A stretch of DNA of 64,000 bases from positions 2,784,001 to 2,848,000 of the forward strand of contig CP051526.1 in assembly GCA_050916045.1 (NCBI GenBank). The letters run 5' to 3'. Source of the DNA: Tepidisphaera sp. Its GTDB lineage: Bacteria > Planctomycetota > Phycisphaerae > Phycisphaerales > UBA1924. A program made the translations under genes and the position numbers. This document shows positions 18,208 through 27,283 of the stretch, in pieces. The first letter of the stretch is position 1; each line of letters begins with the position of its first letter. The notes beneath the pieces were generated by a model. The model was not told the DNA's origin. It searched no databases and saw only the letters and a program-made list of their open reading frames with translations.

Positions 18208-21200
18208 ATGAAGATCAAGTTCAACTCAGAGCTCGGATATCAACAGCACGCTACAAGCGCCATCGTGGACGTGTTCCAGGGGCAGGAGGTCTGCCAGACC
18301 AACTTCACCGTGGCTCCGCTCAAGGCCGAGACGGCGGAGATGGCCGCACTTTTTGAGGCGGCTGGTCACGGCCACGTCGATCCCGGTGTGGGCAACCGAC
18401 TGAAGCTGTTGGATGAAGACATCCTGGCCAACGTCCGCAAGATTCAGCTCCGCAATGGACTTCCGCCGTCCGAAACGCTGGGGCCTCCCGGCCGCCCCCG
18501 GCTCGACTTCACGGTGGAGATGGAGACCGGCACGGGCAAGACGTATGTCTACCTGCGCACGATCTTCGAGCTGTATCAGAAGTACGGCTTCTCCAAGTTC
18601 ATCATCGTTGTGCCATCCATCGCCATCAAGGAGGGCGCGTTCAAGTCCCTCCAGATGACCCGAGAGCACTTCAAGGGGCTCTACGACAACGTCCGGTTCG
18701 ACTACTTTGTTTACGATTCGACGGATTTGTCGCAGGTCCGAGGCTTCGCTACCAGCGACTACATCCAGATCATGGTGATCAACATCGACGCCTTCCGCAA
18801 GAGCTTCGATGATCCGGACAAAGAGGACAAGGCGAACATCATCCACCGGCCGCACGACCGGATGACGGGCAGTCGGCCCATCGAGTTCATCCAGGCGACC
18901 AATCCGATCGTCATCATCGACGAGCCGCAGAGCGTTGACACGACGCCCAAGAGCCAGAAGGCGATCCAGTCGCTCAACCCGCTCTGCACCTTGCGCTATT
19001 CCGCGACCCACGTGGACAAGCACCACATGCTCTACAAGCTCGACTCGGTCGATGCCTTCGAGCAGAAGCTGGTGAAGCAGATCGAGGTGGCCGGCATCAC
19101 CATCAAAGACAGCCACAACAAGGCGTACATCGGGCTTCTGAAGGTGGACAACCGGAGGAGCCCGATCACGGCCCAGGTCGAGATCGATGCTTCGGATCGG
19201 GCCGGCGTGGTGTCGCGGCAGAAGAAGACAGTCAAGAAGGGCGACGACCTTCTGGAGGTGTCCGGAGGCCGCAACGTCTACGAAGGCTACATCGTTGACG
19301 ACATCTACTGCGAGAAGGGCAACGAGTACATCAGCTTCACGAGCAAGGACGACGTGGTCCGGCTGAACCAGGCGGTTGGCGGAGCCGACGAGTCGGACTA
19401 CAAGCGCCTCCAGATTCGCAAGACGATCGAGAAGCACTTGGACAAAGAGATGCAGCTCCGGCCGCGGGGCATCAAGGTGCTCAGCCTGTTCTTCATCGAC
19501 AAGGTGTCCAACTACCGGTCCTACGACACCAACGGCAATCGCGTGAAGGGGACCTACGCGACCATCTTCGAGGAGGAATACACGCGAGCGGCACGGCTGC
19601 CGAAGTACCGGATTCTGTTCGAGGGTGCCGACCTGGAGTCCACCGCCGCGGAAGTCCACAACGGCTACTTCGCCATCGACAAGGCCAAGAAGGACTCGGG
19701 CGGCGAAGAGCAGTTCAAGGAATCCCGTGGCGAGGGCAAGACCGTCGCGGATGAGAGCGCGTACCAGCTCATCATGAAGGACAAGGAGAAGCTCCTCAGC
19801 TTCGACTCCAAGCTCAAGTTCATCTTCTCGCACTCCGCTCTGCGCGAGGGATGGGACAATCCGAATGTCTTCCAGATTTGCACGCTCAACGAGACTGCTT
19901 CGACCATCAAGAAGCGACAAGAGATCGGGCGAGGCCTCCGTATCGCCGTGAATCAGGACGGCGACCGGGTGTACGGCTTCGACGTGAACACGCTCACGGT
20001 CATGGCCAACGAGGCGTATGAGGAGTTTGCCAAGACGCTCCAGAAGGAAATCGAGGAGGATGAGGGCATCCGCTTCGGGGTCGTGGAGAGGAACCTGTTC
20101 GCTGGCGTCGTGCTGGACATTACCGGCGAAAAGATCGAGCACCTTGGAACGGAGAAGTCGGAGGTGCTGGTCGAGCACTTCACACAGAAGGGGTACATCG
20201 ACAACCGGGGCCGCATCCAGGACTCGCTCCGCCGCGACCTTGCCAAGGGAGAAGTGGACATACCGACCGCGTTCGCCCCGCAGGCGGAGCAGATCGTGTC
20301 GTTGCTCCGAAAGGTCGCGGGCAAGCTGAATCTCCGTGACGCCGACAAGGCCGAGCGGGTCAAGCTCAACAAGGCCGTGTATCTGGACGAGCGATTCAAG
20401 CTGCTCTGGGACCGCATCAAGTACCGCACGACTTTCCGCGTGCAGTTCGATGCCGACGCCCTGATTCGCAAGTGCGCGAAGGAAATCAAGAACCGTCTGG
20501 TCGTCGGCAAGGCGCGCTTTGTCTTCCGGACGGGCAAGCTGGCCCTCGATCGCGGCGGCGTTCAGACCGAGGAAGGTGCGGAGAGCACGCACGTCTACGA
20601 CGCACGGGACTTCGCGATCCCGGACCTCGTGTCGCACCTTCAGAATGAGACCCACCTCACCCGACGCTCCATCGTCGAGATTCTCCGCCAAAGCGAGAGG
20701 TTGCCCGACTTCAAGAACAACCCGCAGAAGTTCGTGGAGCAGGTAGTTGCGATCGTGAGGGACGAGATGCGTCTCTTCATCGTTGATGGCATCAAGTACC
20801 AGAAGATCGGGGATGAGCAGTTCTACGCCCAGGAGCTCTTCGAGAGTGAGGAGCTCACCGGCTACCTCGGCCAGAACATGCTCGCAAGCAAGAAGTCGGT
20901 GTACGAGCACGTGGTCTATGACCAGGGCGTCGAGGAGGAGTTCGCCAAGCGATTCGAGAAGGCCGAAGAGGTAAAGCTGTACGCCAAGCTGCCTTCGTGG
21001 TTCAAGATCGAAACCCCGCTGGGTACATACAACCCCGACTGGGCTGTGGTTGTTGAGGTGGATGGACGCGAGCGCCTGTACCTCGTAGTCGAGACCAAGG
21101 GCAGCCTCTTCGCCGCCGACTTACGGGCCAAGGAGCAGGCGAAGATCAACTGCGGCCGCGAGCACTTCAAAGCCATCGAGCCGGGAGCACGGTTCACCGT

Positions 21201-21243
21201 GGCCAACAGCTACGAGTCGTTTGCGGAAGAGATCACGAAGTGA
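18208..21243 (+). CDS. res: Type III restriction endonuclease subunit
   Basis: METGTGKT, IIDEPQ, YSATH, LREGWDNPNVFQ, QEIGRGLR; nuclease motif YNPDW...VETKG. Confidence 0.93.
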   Translation: MKIKFNSELGYQQHATSAIVDVFQGQEVCQTNFTVAPLKAETAEMAALFEAAGHGHVDPGVGNRLKLLDEDILANVRKIQLRNGLPPSETLGPPGRPRLDFTVEMETGTGKTYVYLRTIFELYQKYGFSKFIIVVPSIAIKEGAFKSLQMTREHFKGLYDNVRFDYFVYDSTDLSQVRGFATSDYIQIMVINIDAFRKSFDDPDKEDKANIIHRPHDRMTGSRPIEFIQATNPIVIIDEPQSVDTTPKSQKAIQSLNPLCTLRYSATHVDKHHMLYKLDSVDAFEQKLVKQIEVAGITIKDSHNKAYIGLLKVDNRRSPITAQVEIDASDRAGVVSRQKKTVKKGDDLLEVSGGRNVYEGYIVDDIYCEKGNEYISFTSKDDVVRLNQAVGGADESDYKRLQIRKTIEKHLDKEMQLRPRGIKVLSLFFIDKVSNYRSYDTNGNRVKGTYATIFEEEYTRAARLPKYRILFEGADLESTAAEVHNGYFAIDKAKKDSGGEEQFKESRGEGKTVADESAYQLIMKDKEKLLSFDSKLKFIFSHSALREGWDNPNVFQICTLNETASTIKKRQEIGRGLRIAVNQDGDRVYGFDVNTLTVMANEAYEEFAKTLQKEIEEDEGIRFGVVERNLFAGVVLDITGEKIEHLGTEKSEVLVEHFTQKGYIDNRGRIQDSLRRDLAKGEVDIPTAFAPQAEQIVSLLRKVAGKLNLRDADKAERVKLNKAVYLDERFKLLWDRIKYRTTFRVQFDADALIRKCAKEIKNRLVVGKARFVFRTGKLALDRGGVQTEEGAESTHVYDARDFAIPDLVSHLQNETHLTRRSIVEILRQSERLPDFKNNPQKFVEQVVAIVRDEMRLFIVDGIKYQKIGDEQFYAQELFESEELTGYLGQNMLASKKSVYEHVVYDQGVEEEFAKRFEKAEEVKLYAKLPSWFKIETPLGTYNPDWAVVVEVDGRERLYLVVETKGSLFAADLRAKEQAKINCGREHFKAIEPGARFTVANSYESFAEEITK

Positions 21244-21274
21244 CGCGCCCACTCTTGGCGACTGGAAGTGACCA

Positions 21275-22132
21275 ATGAAGCCGATCGGCAAGACCATTCA
21301 GATCTACTGCCCCAACGGTGAGCCGCGCGGCGTTCGCATCGCGGAGATCACCACCCGCATCGTTCAAGCGGTTGTGGTTCCGCGGGCGAAGCTCGATGAA
21401 GCGCTGGCACGCCCTGAACTGAGCGGCGTCGGCCTGTACTTCTTGTTCGGCGAGTCGGATGCTGGAGGACTGCCGATGGCCTATGTCGGCGAGGCAGAGG
21501 ATTGCGGCGTGCGCTTCAAGCATCACAACACAACCAAGGACTTCTGGAACATCGGCGTCGCACTCGTTTCCCGGACTGGCAGCTTCACCAAGGCGCACGG
21601 GAAGCTGCTGGAGTGGATCTCGATCGATCGGGCCAAGCGATCCGGGCGGTACGACCTGGAGAATGGGAACGGGGGCAGCGAGCCCAATGTGCCCGAGTGG
21701 ATGCGGTCCGATGTCGCGGAGGTGTTTGAGACGGCGGAGGTGCTGCTGAGCACACTGGGCTTCCCGATCTTCGAGCCCGCCGTGAGCAAGGCGACGGAAG
21801 AACGGGACGTGTTCTACTGCAAACGGGGCGGCGCGGACGCTCGCGGCGTATACAACGAAGAAGGCTTCGTGGTGCTGAAGGGCTCTTTGGCGAGACGCGA
21901 TACAGCACTGTCGTCGCACGACACTGTTGAGCCGCGGCGAGAGGAGCTCGTTGGCTCCGGTGTGCTGAGCACGGCCAAGGGTGGGTACAAGTTCGAACGT
22001 GACTGGGTGTTCGCCACGCCGAGCGCCGCCGCGGCGATCGTGAGCGGGGGCGCAGCAAACGGATGGATCGAGTGGAAGAACGGCAAGGGCCAGACGCTGG
22101 ACGAGGTGTATCGGAAGGCGGTAAAGACCTGA
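21275..22132 (+). CDS. GIY-YIG nuclease with DUF4357 domain
   Basis: GLYFL...AYVGEAE; C-terminal FATPSAAAAIVSGGAANGWIEWK. Confidence 0.85.
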   Translation: MKPIGKTIQIYCPNGEPRGVRIAEITTRIVQAVVVPRAKLDEALARPELSGVGLYFLFGESDAGGLPMAYVGEAEDCGVRFKHHNTTKDFWNIGVALVSRTGSFTKAHGKLLEWISIDRAKRSGRYDLENGNGGSEPNVPEWMRSDVAEVFETAEVLLSTLGFPIFEPAVSKATEERDVFYCKRGGADARGVYNEEGFVVLKGSLARRDTALSSHDTVEPRREELVGSGVLSTAKGGYKFERDWVFATPSAAAAIVSGGAANGWIEWKNGKGQTLDEVYRKAVKT

Positions 22133-22188
22133 TTCAAGGTCCGCCAGTCAGGTACTCGTACCGGACGGCGACATTGGGAACATCGCGG

Positions 22189-25100
22189 ATGAACAAGTAT
22201 CCCTTGCGGCACATTTCGATTCGCGTTCCCTGGCACGATGCGGGTTGGGCGGGAGTGGTTTGTAGCGCGCCGCATCTCAACGGTGCGTGCGCCAAACTCA
22301 AGCGAGTCGCAGCAACGAAGAGAGACGATGTCGAAGTTCGCGTTGCGGGCAAGAGTCTTAACGAGTTGTCGCGAGAGCAGTGGCCGTGCTGTGTAGACGA
22401 ACGCGGCATGTTCATGGCCCCGTTTGAGCTTCAGACTGAGAAGCGGCACGCGTTGGCAAGCAAGAGCCCGAAGTACTTCGGGCACTTCAAGCCGACGCTC
22501 CAACGCTACCCGGCGTTTTCAGCGTCGGTTGTGCCGTTCTGGTGGATGCGCCGCGAGAATCTGGAGTCGCTCGGCACGCTCCATGAACTGGCTGTCGACG
22601 ACGCGCGAGAGCCTGTGATGGACAACGGGTACGAGTCCGACTGGGTGACCGAGGCGACCAACCAGACAGCGCTGCTCGATGGCTTCGCGGCTCACCTACG
22701 CCCCGATGACTCTCTCTGTCTGTTCTACGCCAAGCACGTGCCCTTCGTCGAAGGCACGGATCGAATCTTAATTGGAGTAGGCCGGGTGAAAGTGATCGGC
22801 GGGCTTACCGAGTATGACCGCTCAGCCGAAGGCATGCACGGCATGGTGTGGGAGCGGCCCGTTCAGCACTCAATTCGGCCTACCGGAAGAGACGGGTTCC
22901 TGATGCCCTACCTCGAACTGCTTCAGCGTGCAGAGGCGGACCCATCACTCGACCTGTCACCGTATGTAGCCCATGCCCCGTCTGAACACTGGAAGGAGTT
23001 TTCGTACGCAAGTGAGTTGGTGCCGAACGACGGCGCGATTGCCGCGCTGCTGTCAGTAGAAGCAGCGCTCGCTCGAACGGAGCAAGAGCTTGGCATCGCC
23101 ACCGAATGGCAACGTCAGTGGCTGCACGATGAGTTGGTACGTCTCTGGAAGGTTCGCGGCCCATGTCCCGGGTTAGGCGCTGTGCTTCGCGCCTTCGGGC
23201 TGACAAGAGGTCTTTTCGTGGGGCACGCTCTGCAACAGCGAGCGGGCGAGAACGCGGATCCGTGGCCCGAAGTAGACGCCGCGTTTGCGCAGCCCGGCAA
23301 GGTGCTTGCTCCAGAGCTTCAGCGCGACGTGAAGGAATTGTCCGCGACCTGGAAATCGCTGCCAGCTGAGCGCCGCAACTACTTGCGCCTGTTGAGCCGC
23401 TTCGAACTCACGGTGGAGCAAGCCCAGCACCTCTACGAGGCTGGGTCTCGTCAAAAGCGGGGATGGGCAGCCAGCGATGCTGAACTGTTGGCGAATCCTT
23501 ACCGAATCTATGAGTGCAGCAGGCACGATCCGGAGGGGGTTCAGCTACTGACGGTTGATCGCGGTGTGTTTCCAAACGACGCTGTTCGGCTGAAGCACCC
23601 TCTTGACGTCCCGTCGCATTGTGAGTCGCCTGTGGATGCGCGCCGGGTGCGAGCATTCACAATCGAAGCGCTCGAGGAGGCGGCCCAGTCTGGACACACG
23701 CTGCACTTCACGGACTCGCTGGTAGAGGCGGTGCGGACGAAGCCCGTGGACCCCAAGTGTCCCGTGACGGGCGACATCCTTGCCGCCAATGTCGGTGCTA
23801 TGGCACCGGAGGTGTTGGCGATTACCGGAGGAGATCAACTCGCTCTACAACTGGATAGATACCGCGTCTTCCGCGAACTGGCCGCAAGGCATGTGCTCGG
23901 TCGCGTAGGTGGCCAACGGCACACGCTTGCGCAAGACTGGCCGAAACTCTTGGCCGAGAAATTTGGGCCAGCGAGGGACGATCAGGAAGAGCGAAAGGCT
24001 CGAGAGGAGAAGGCGCAAGCCTTAGCGGAACTCGCTGAGTCGCGATTCAGTGTGCTCGCTGGTCCAGCAGGGGCTGGTAAGACATCCGTTCTGGGTATCT
24101 TGTGCGCGCAGCAGGAGATCCAGCAGCAGGGCCTGCTCTTGCTCGCTCCGACGGGGAAGGCCCGCGTGCGTATGCAGCAACTCGCGGGCGGCGCAGGCAC
24201 GAGCGCGCAGACGATCGCCCAGTTTCTCAACCAGAATGGACGCTACGACGGCCGGGCCGGTCGCTACCACTTGAGCGACAAGCCCAAGGTCAGCTGCTAT
24301 GGAACAGTAATCGTCGATGAAGCGTCCATGCTCACCGAGGACATGTTCGGTGCACTCCTCGATGCTCTGCAGGGCGTCAAGCGTCTCATCCTCGTCGGAG
24401 ATCCGGCTCAGTTGCCGCCGATCGGTGCCGGTCGTCCGTTTGTCGACATCATCGCGAAGCTCCGTCCTCACGACTGCGACTCGCGCTTCCCGAGAGTTGC
24501 ACATGGCTATGCTGAACTCACGATTGAGCGACGGCAGATCGGCACTGAAAGGCCTGATCTGCGTCTGGCAAGGTGGTTCAGCGCGACTGCTCCCGGCGCT
24601 GGAGAAGATGACGTGTTCGGCGCAGGGGAAAGTGAGCATGCGACGATCGCATTTGTCCAGTGGCAAAAGGCTGATGACTTCCAGGCAAAGCTGCTGGACG
24701 TGCTCGTTGCCGAGTTGAAGCTTCAAGATGCCTCTGACCAGCGCGGCTTCAACCGAGCACTCGGGGCAACCGACACGGGGCAGTACGACTATTTCAATGC
24801 TTCTCGGGGCGACAGTCTCGGTGCTGTGCGTGCCATCGAGTCATGGCAAATCCTGAGCCCTTTGCGTGGAGGCACCATCGGCGTCGGTGACGTAAACCGC
24901 CAGATCCACGAACGCTTCCGCGCCACCTTTCTTGATCTCGCGTCGCGGCAATGGAATCGCTCGATACCCAAGCCGATGGGTGCGGAGCGCATCGTCTACG
25001 GCGATAAAGTCATCAATCTCGGCAATCACCGCCGTGATGGCAACAAAGTCTGGCCGAGGGACGGCTCGCTCGGATACCTCGCCAACGGGGAAATCGGGAT

Positions 25101-25899
25101 CGCAGTTGGACTGTGGAAGACTAGGGGTAGCCCGAAGATCCTGAAGGTGGAGTTCTCTTCGCAGGTGGGATTCACGTATGACTTCTACGGCAGCGACTTC
25201 CGCGAAGAGGGAAGTGCGGCTCTCGAGTTGGCCTATGCGTTGACGGTGCACAAGGCTCAGGGCAGCCAGTTTGAGCTGGTGATTCTGGTGTTGCCCGAAG
25301 GACATCCGATTCTCTCTCGCGAACTGATCTACACAGCTCTAACTCGCCATCAACGGCGGGTAGTGGTGATGCACCAGGGGCCCAGGACGCTCCTCAAGGA
25401 CTTCGCGGCACCACACATGAGCGAGACCGCCCGACGTCGGACGAACCTGCTTTCCGATTGCCACATGATCATGGTTCCTCAGCCCAAAGGGAATTTGTTC
25501 TTGCAGGAAGGTCTGATCCACCGTACGAGCAAGGGAATCGCCGTGCGGTCCAAGTCTGAGCTTCTCATCGCCGAGGCGCTGCACTCGGAGAACGTCGCCT
25601 TTGAGTACGAGAAGCCACTCACTCTGGGCAGCTCTACTCGGTACCCCGACTTCACGATTGAGGACGACATTTCCGGGCTCACCGTCTATTGGGAGCATCT
25701 CGGCATGCTCGACCGCCCAGACTACCGCGCCAGCTGGGAGAGGAAGCTCGCTTGGTATCGAGGCCACGGCGTGTTGCCCATAGCTGACTCCAAACCTGGA
25801 AGACCTGTCCTGATCACCACACAGGATTCCGCAGGGACCGGCCTCGACATGGCAGTCGTGAAGAAGCTTGTTGCCACCGTGCTGCGAGGTGGGGTGTGA
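22189..25899 (+). CDS. RecD-like SF1B helicase with C-terminal PD-(D/E)xK nuclease
   Basis: GPAGAGKT, LAPTGKA, VDEASM, GDPAQL, YALTVHKAQGSQF, YTALTR; then RSKSE...YPDFTI...YWEHLG. Confidence 0.85.
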   Translation: MNKYPLRHISIRVPWHDAGWAGVVCSAPHLNGACAKLKRVAATKRDDVEVRVAGKSLNELSREQWPCCVDERGMFMAPFELQTEKRHALASKSPKYFGHFKPTLQRYPAFSASVVPFWWMRRENLESLGTLHELAVDDAREPVMDNGYESDWVTEATNQTALLDGFAAHLRPDDSLCLFYAKHVPFVEGTDRILIGVGRVKVIGGLTEYDRSAEGMHGMVWERPVQHSIRPTGRDGFLMPYLELLQRAEADPSLDLSPYVAHAPSEHWKEFSYASELVPNDGAIAALLSVEAALARTEQELGIATEWQRQWLHDELVRLWKVRGPCPGLGAVLRAFGLTRGLFVGHALQQRAGENADPWPEVDAAFAQPGKVLAPELQRDVKELSATWKSLPAERRNYLRLLSRFELTVEQAQHLYEAGSRQKRGWAASDAELLANPYRIYECSRHDPEGVQLLTVDRGVFPNDAVRLKHPLDVPSHCESPVDARRVRAFTIEALEEAAQSGHTLHFTDSLVEAVRTKPVDPKCPVTGDILAANVGAMAPEVLAITGGDQLALQLDRYRVFRELAARHVLGRVGGQRHTLAQDWPKLLAEKFGPARDDQEERKAREEKAQALAELAESRFSVLAGPAGAGKTSVLGILCAQQEIQQQGLLLLAPTGKARVRMQQLAGGAGTSAQTIAQFLNQNGRYDGRAGRYHLSDKPKVSCYGTVIVDEASMLTEDMFGALLDALQGVKRLILVGDPAQLPPIGAGRPFVDIIAKLRPHDCDSRFPRVAHGYAELTIERRQIGTERPDLRLARWFSATAPGAGEDDVFGAGESEHATIAFVQWQKADDFQAKLLDVLVAELKLQDASDQRGFNRALGATDTGQYDYFNASRGDSLGAVRAIESWQILSPLRGGTIGVGDVNRQIHERFRATFLDLASRQWNRSIPKPMGAERIVYGDKVINLGNHRRDGNKVWPRDGSLGYLANGEIGIAVGLWKTRGSPKILKVEFSSQVGFTYDFYGSDFREEGSAALELAYALTVHKAQGSQFELVILVLPEGHPILSRELIYTALTRHQRRVVVMHQGPRTLLKDFAAPHMSETARRRTNLLSDCHMIMVPQPKGNLFLQEGLIHRTSKGIAVRSKSELLIAEALHSENVAFEYEKPLTLGSSTRYPDFTIEDDISGLTVYWEHLGMLDRPDYRASWERKLAWYRGHGVLPIADSKPGRPVLITTQDSAGTGLDMAVVKKLVATVLRGGV

Positions 25900-26089
25900 C
25901 AAATGATGGGGTAGCCCTGGCGGGTTGTTCTCGAACCGGGCAACCGACGTGGATTGGTTCATCTGTCTAAATGAGACCGTCAGTTTGCAGGCGGGGCTGC
26001 TTTTGTGCTCGTTGGAGAAGCGACGCTGCATTCTCCGCCCCGAGTCATCGCAGGTCCGAGGCTTGCACGCGAGCGAAGAAACGCACCCT

Positions 26090-26788
26090 TCATGGCTCGT
26101 GCAGGCCAAATGGCTCCAAGTGCGCCCGCAACGCGTCCAGATCCCGGAAAACGCGGCGACGGGAACGCCCGGTCTTGCGTGCCACTGCAGCAACCGTCTC
26201 CCCTTTGGCAAGCTCGTCAACCAGCGGAAGGAGGTGTTCAGGCACGGCTTGTATCGCGTCCGCGATATCCACACGCACGTCAATCACCTGACGCTCTTCG
26301 GGGCGAACGACGCCCAGCCTCCGCCAACTGGTAGCAGGCGTGAGGTGATCGTTGAGGGGCTGATCGTCATTGGTGCTCGCGTCGAGTGAGAACGTCAGCT
26401 TTCGCCCCCCTCTCTTTATCGAGCGGCGTTCGCGGAGCAGCAAAGCGACAGCAGTCGTAATCAGCATGGAAATGAACGCCTCCGGTATCCCACGGCTCCG
26501 GTCATGCGCGTGAAGTCGCTCGATCACGTACAGCAGTAGTTGCTGTTTGATGTCGTCCTGATCCGTTACCTTCAGGCCGGCCTTTCCGACAAGCTGGCGC
26601 GCTTTGATTGATGCAAGCGACTCGGCAAACGGGCGCACGGCAGCCCATTGCCGAGCGTCGAATGGCTGCTTCGCGGCTTCTTGATCGGGGCTCCGCCGGC
26701 GGCGACCATCTCTGTTGGTGCTTCGGGCGGAACCGGAAATGGCGGAGTGCGGGTTGTTCGAAACGATGGGTAGGTGGTGGTTTCTCAT
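26090..26788 (-). CDS. Sigma-70/ECF-like factor of the element; start uncertain
   Basis: KARQLVGK...DDIKQQLLL...HDRSRG.PEAFI region-2-like segment and C-terminal HTH; similar to 45451-45972. Confidence 0.6.
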   Translation of the reverse strand: MRNHHLPIVSNNPHSAISGSARSTNRDGRRRRSPDQEAAKQPFDARQWAAVRPFAESLASIKARQLVGKAGLKVTDQDDIKQQLLLYVIERLHAHDRSRGIPEAFISMLITTAVALLLRERRSIKRGGRKLTFSLDASTNDDQPLNDHLTPATSWRRLGVVRPEERQVIDVRVDIADAIQAVPEHLLPLVDELAKGETVAAVARKTGRSRRRVFRDLDALRAHLEPFGLHEP

Positions 26789-26973
26789 GCCGAAGCGTGT
26801 CGCCTCGGCTCCCGCCAGAGCTGATCCGGCTCGACCGCGATCCAGATCACCGGATCACGCGGGAGACTGGCAGCCACCGTTCAATCTCCGAACAGGGAGG
26901 CTGTTAACCAGAGAACGGCAGTCAGAAACCCGCGTGGCGCGTAGGATTCTGGCCTTTGAACTCGTTCCGATCG

Positions 26974-27227
26974 GGGAGTTTCCTTCCGACCCCGCCTCAC
27001 GGCGGGGTCGTTTGGTTTACAGGCCGCCCATTTTGCCCGTCGCGGCGAGGTGGCCAGCAACCCCGCAGAATCCGGGCAGTTTGGCGATTTGACCCCCGGG
27101 CGGCTGCGCTCTCGGTTCGAGGCCGTTTCAGAGGGTCGAAGTCCGGACACCATGCGTCTCGGGATCGGTGCGTCAAACACCTCTCTCGCTCTCGCGTTCT
27201 CTGGTGGACGGTGCGGGGCGGGTTAAC
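26974..27227 (+). repeat. Diverged ~255-bp non-coding repeat, copy 1 (att/element-end-like)
   Basis: Aligns by eye with 50655-50909; the core ttccttccgaccccgcctcacggcggggtcgtttggtttacaggc is identical. Confidence 0.85.
26987..27018 (+). terminator. Rho-independent terminator-like hairpin
   Basis: Perfect 10-bp stem cgaccccgcc/ggcggggtcg, 4-nt loop, then tttggttt. Confidence 0.6.
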
Positions 27228-27283
27228 GGGCGGGGGCGCAAGCCAACGCCGCGTTGAGCCGGATCTCCCATACCCTACACCTG

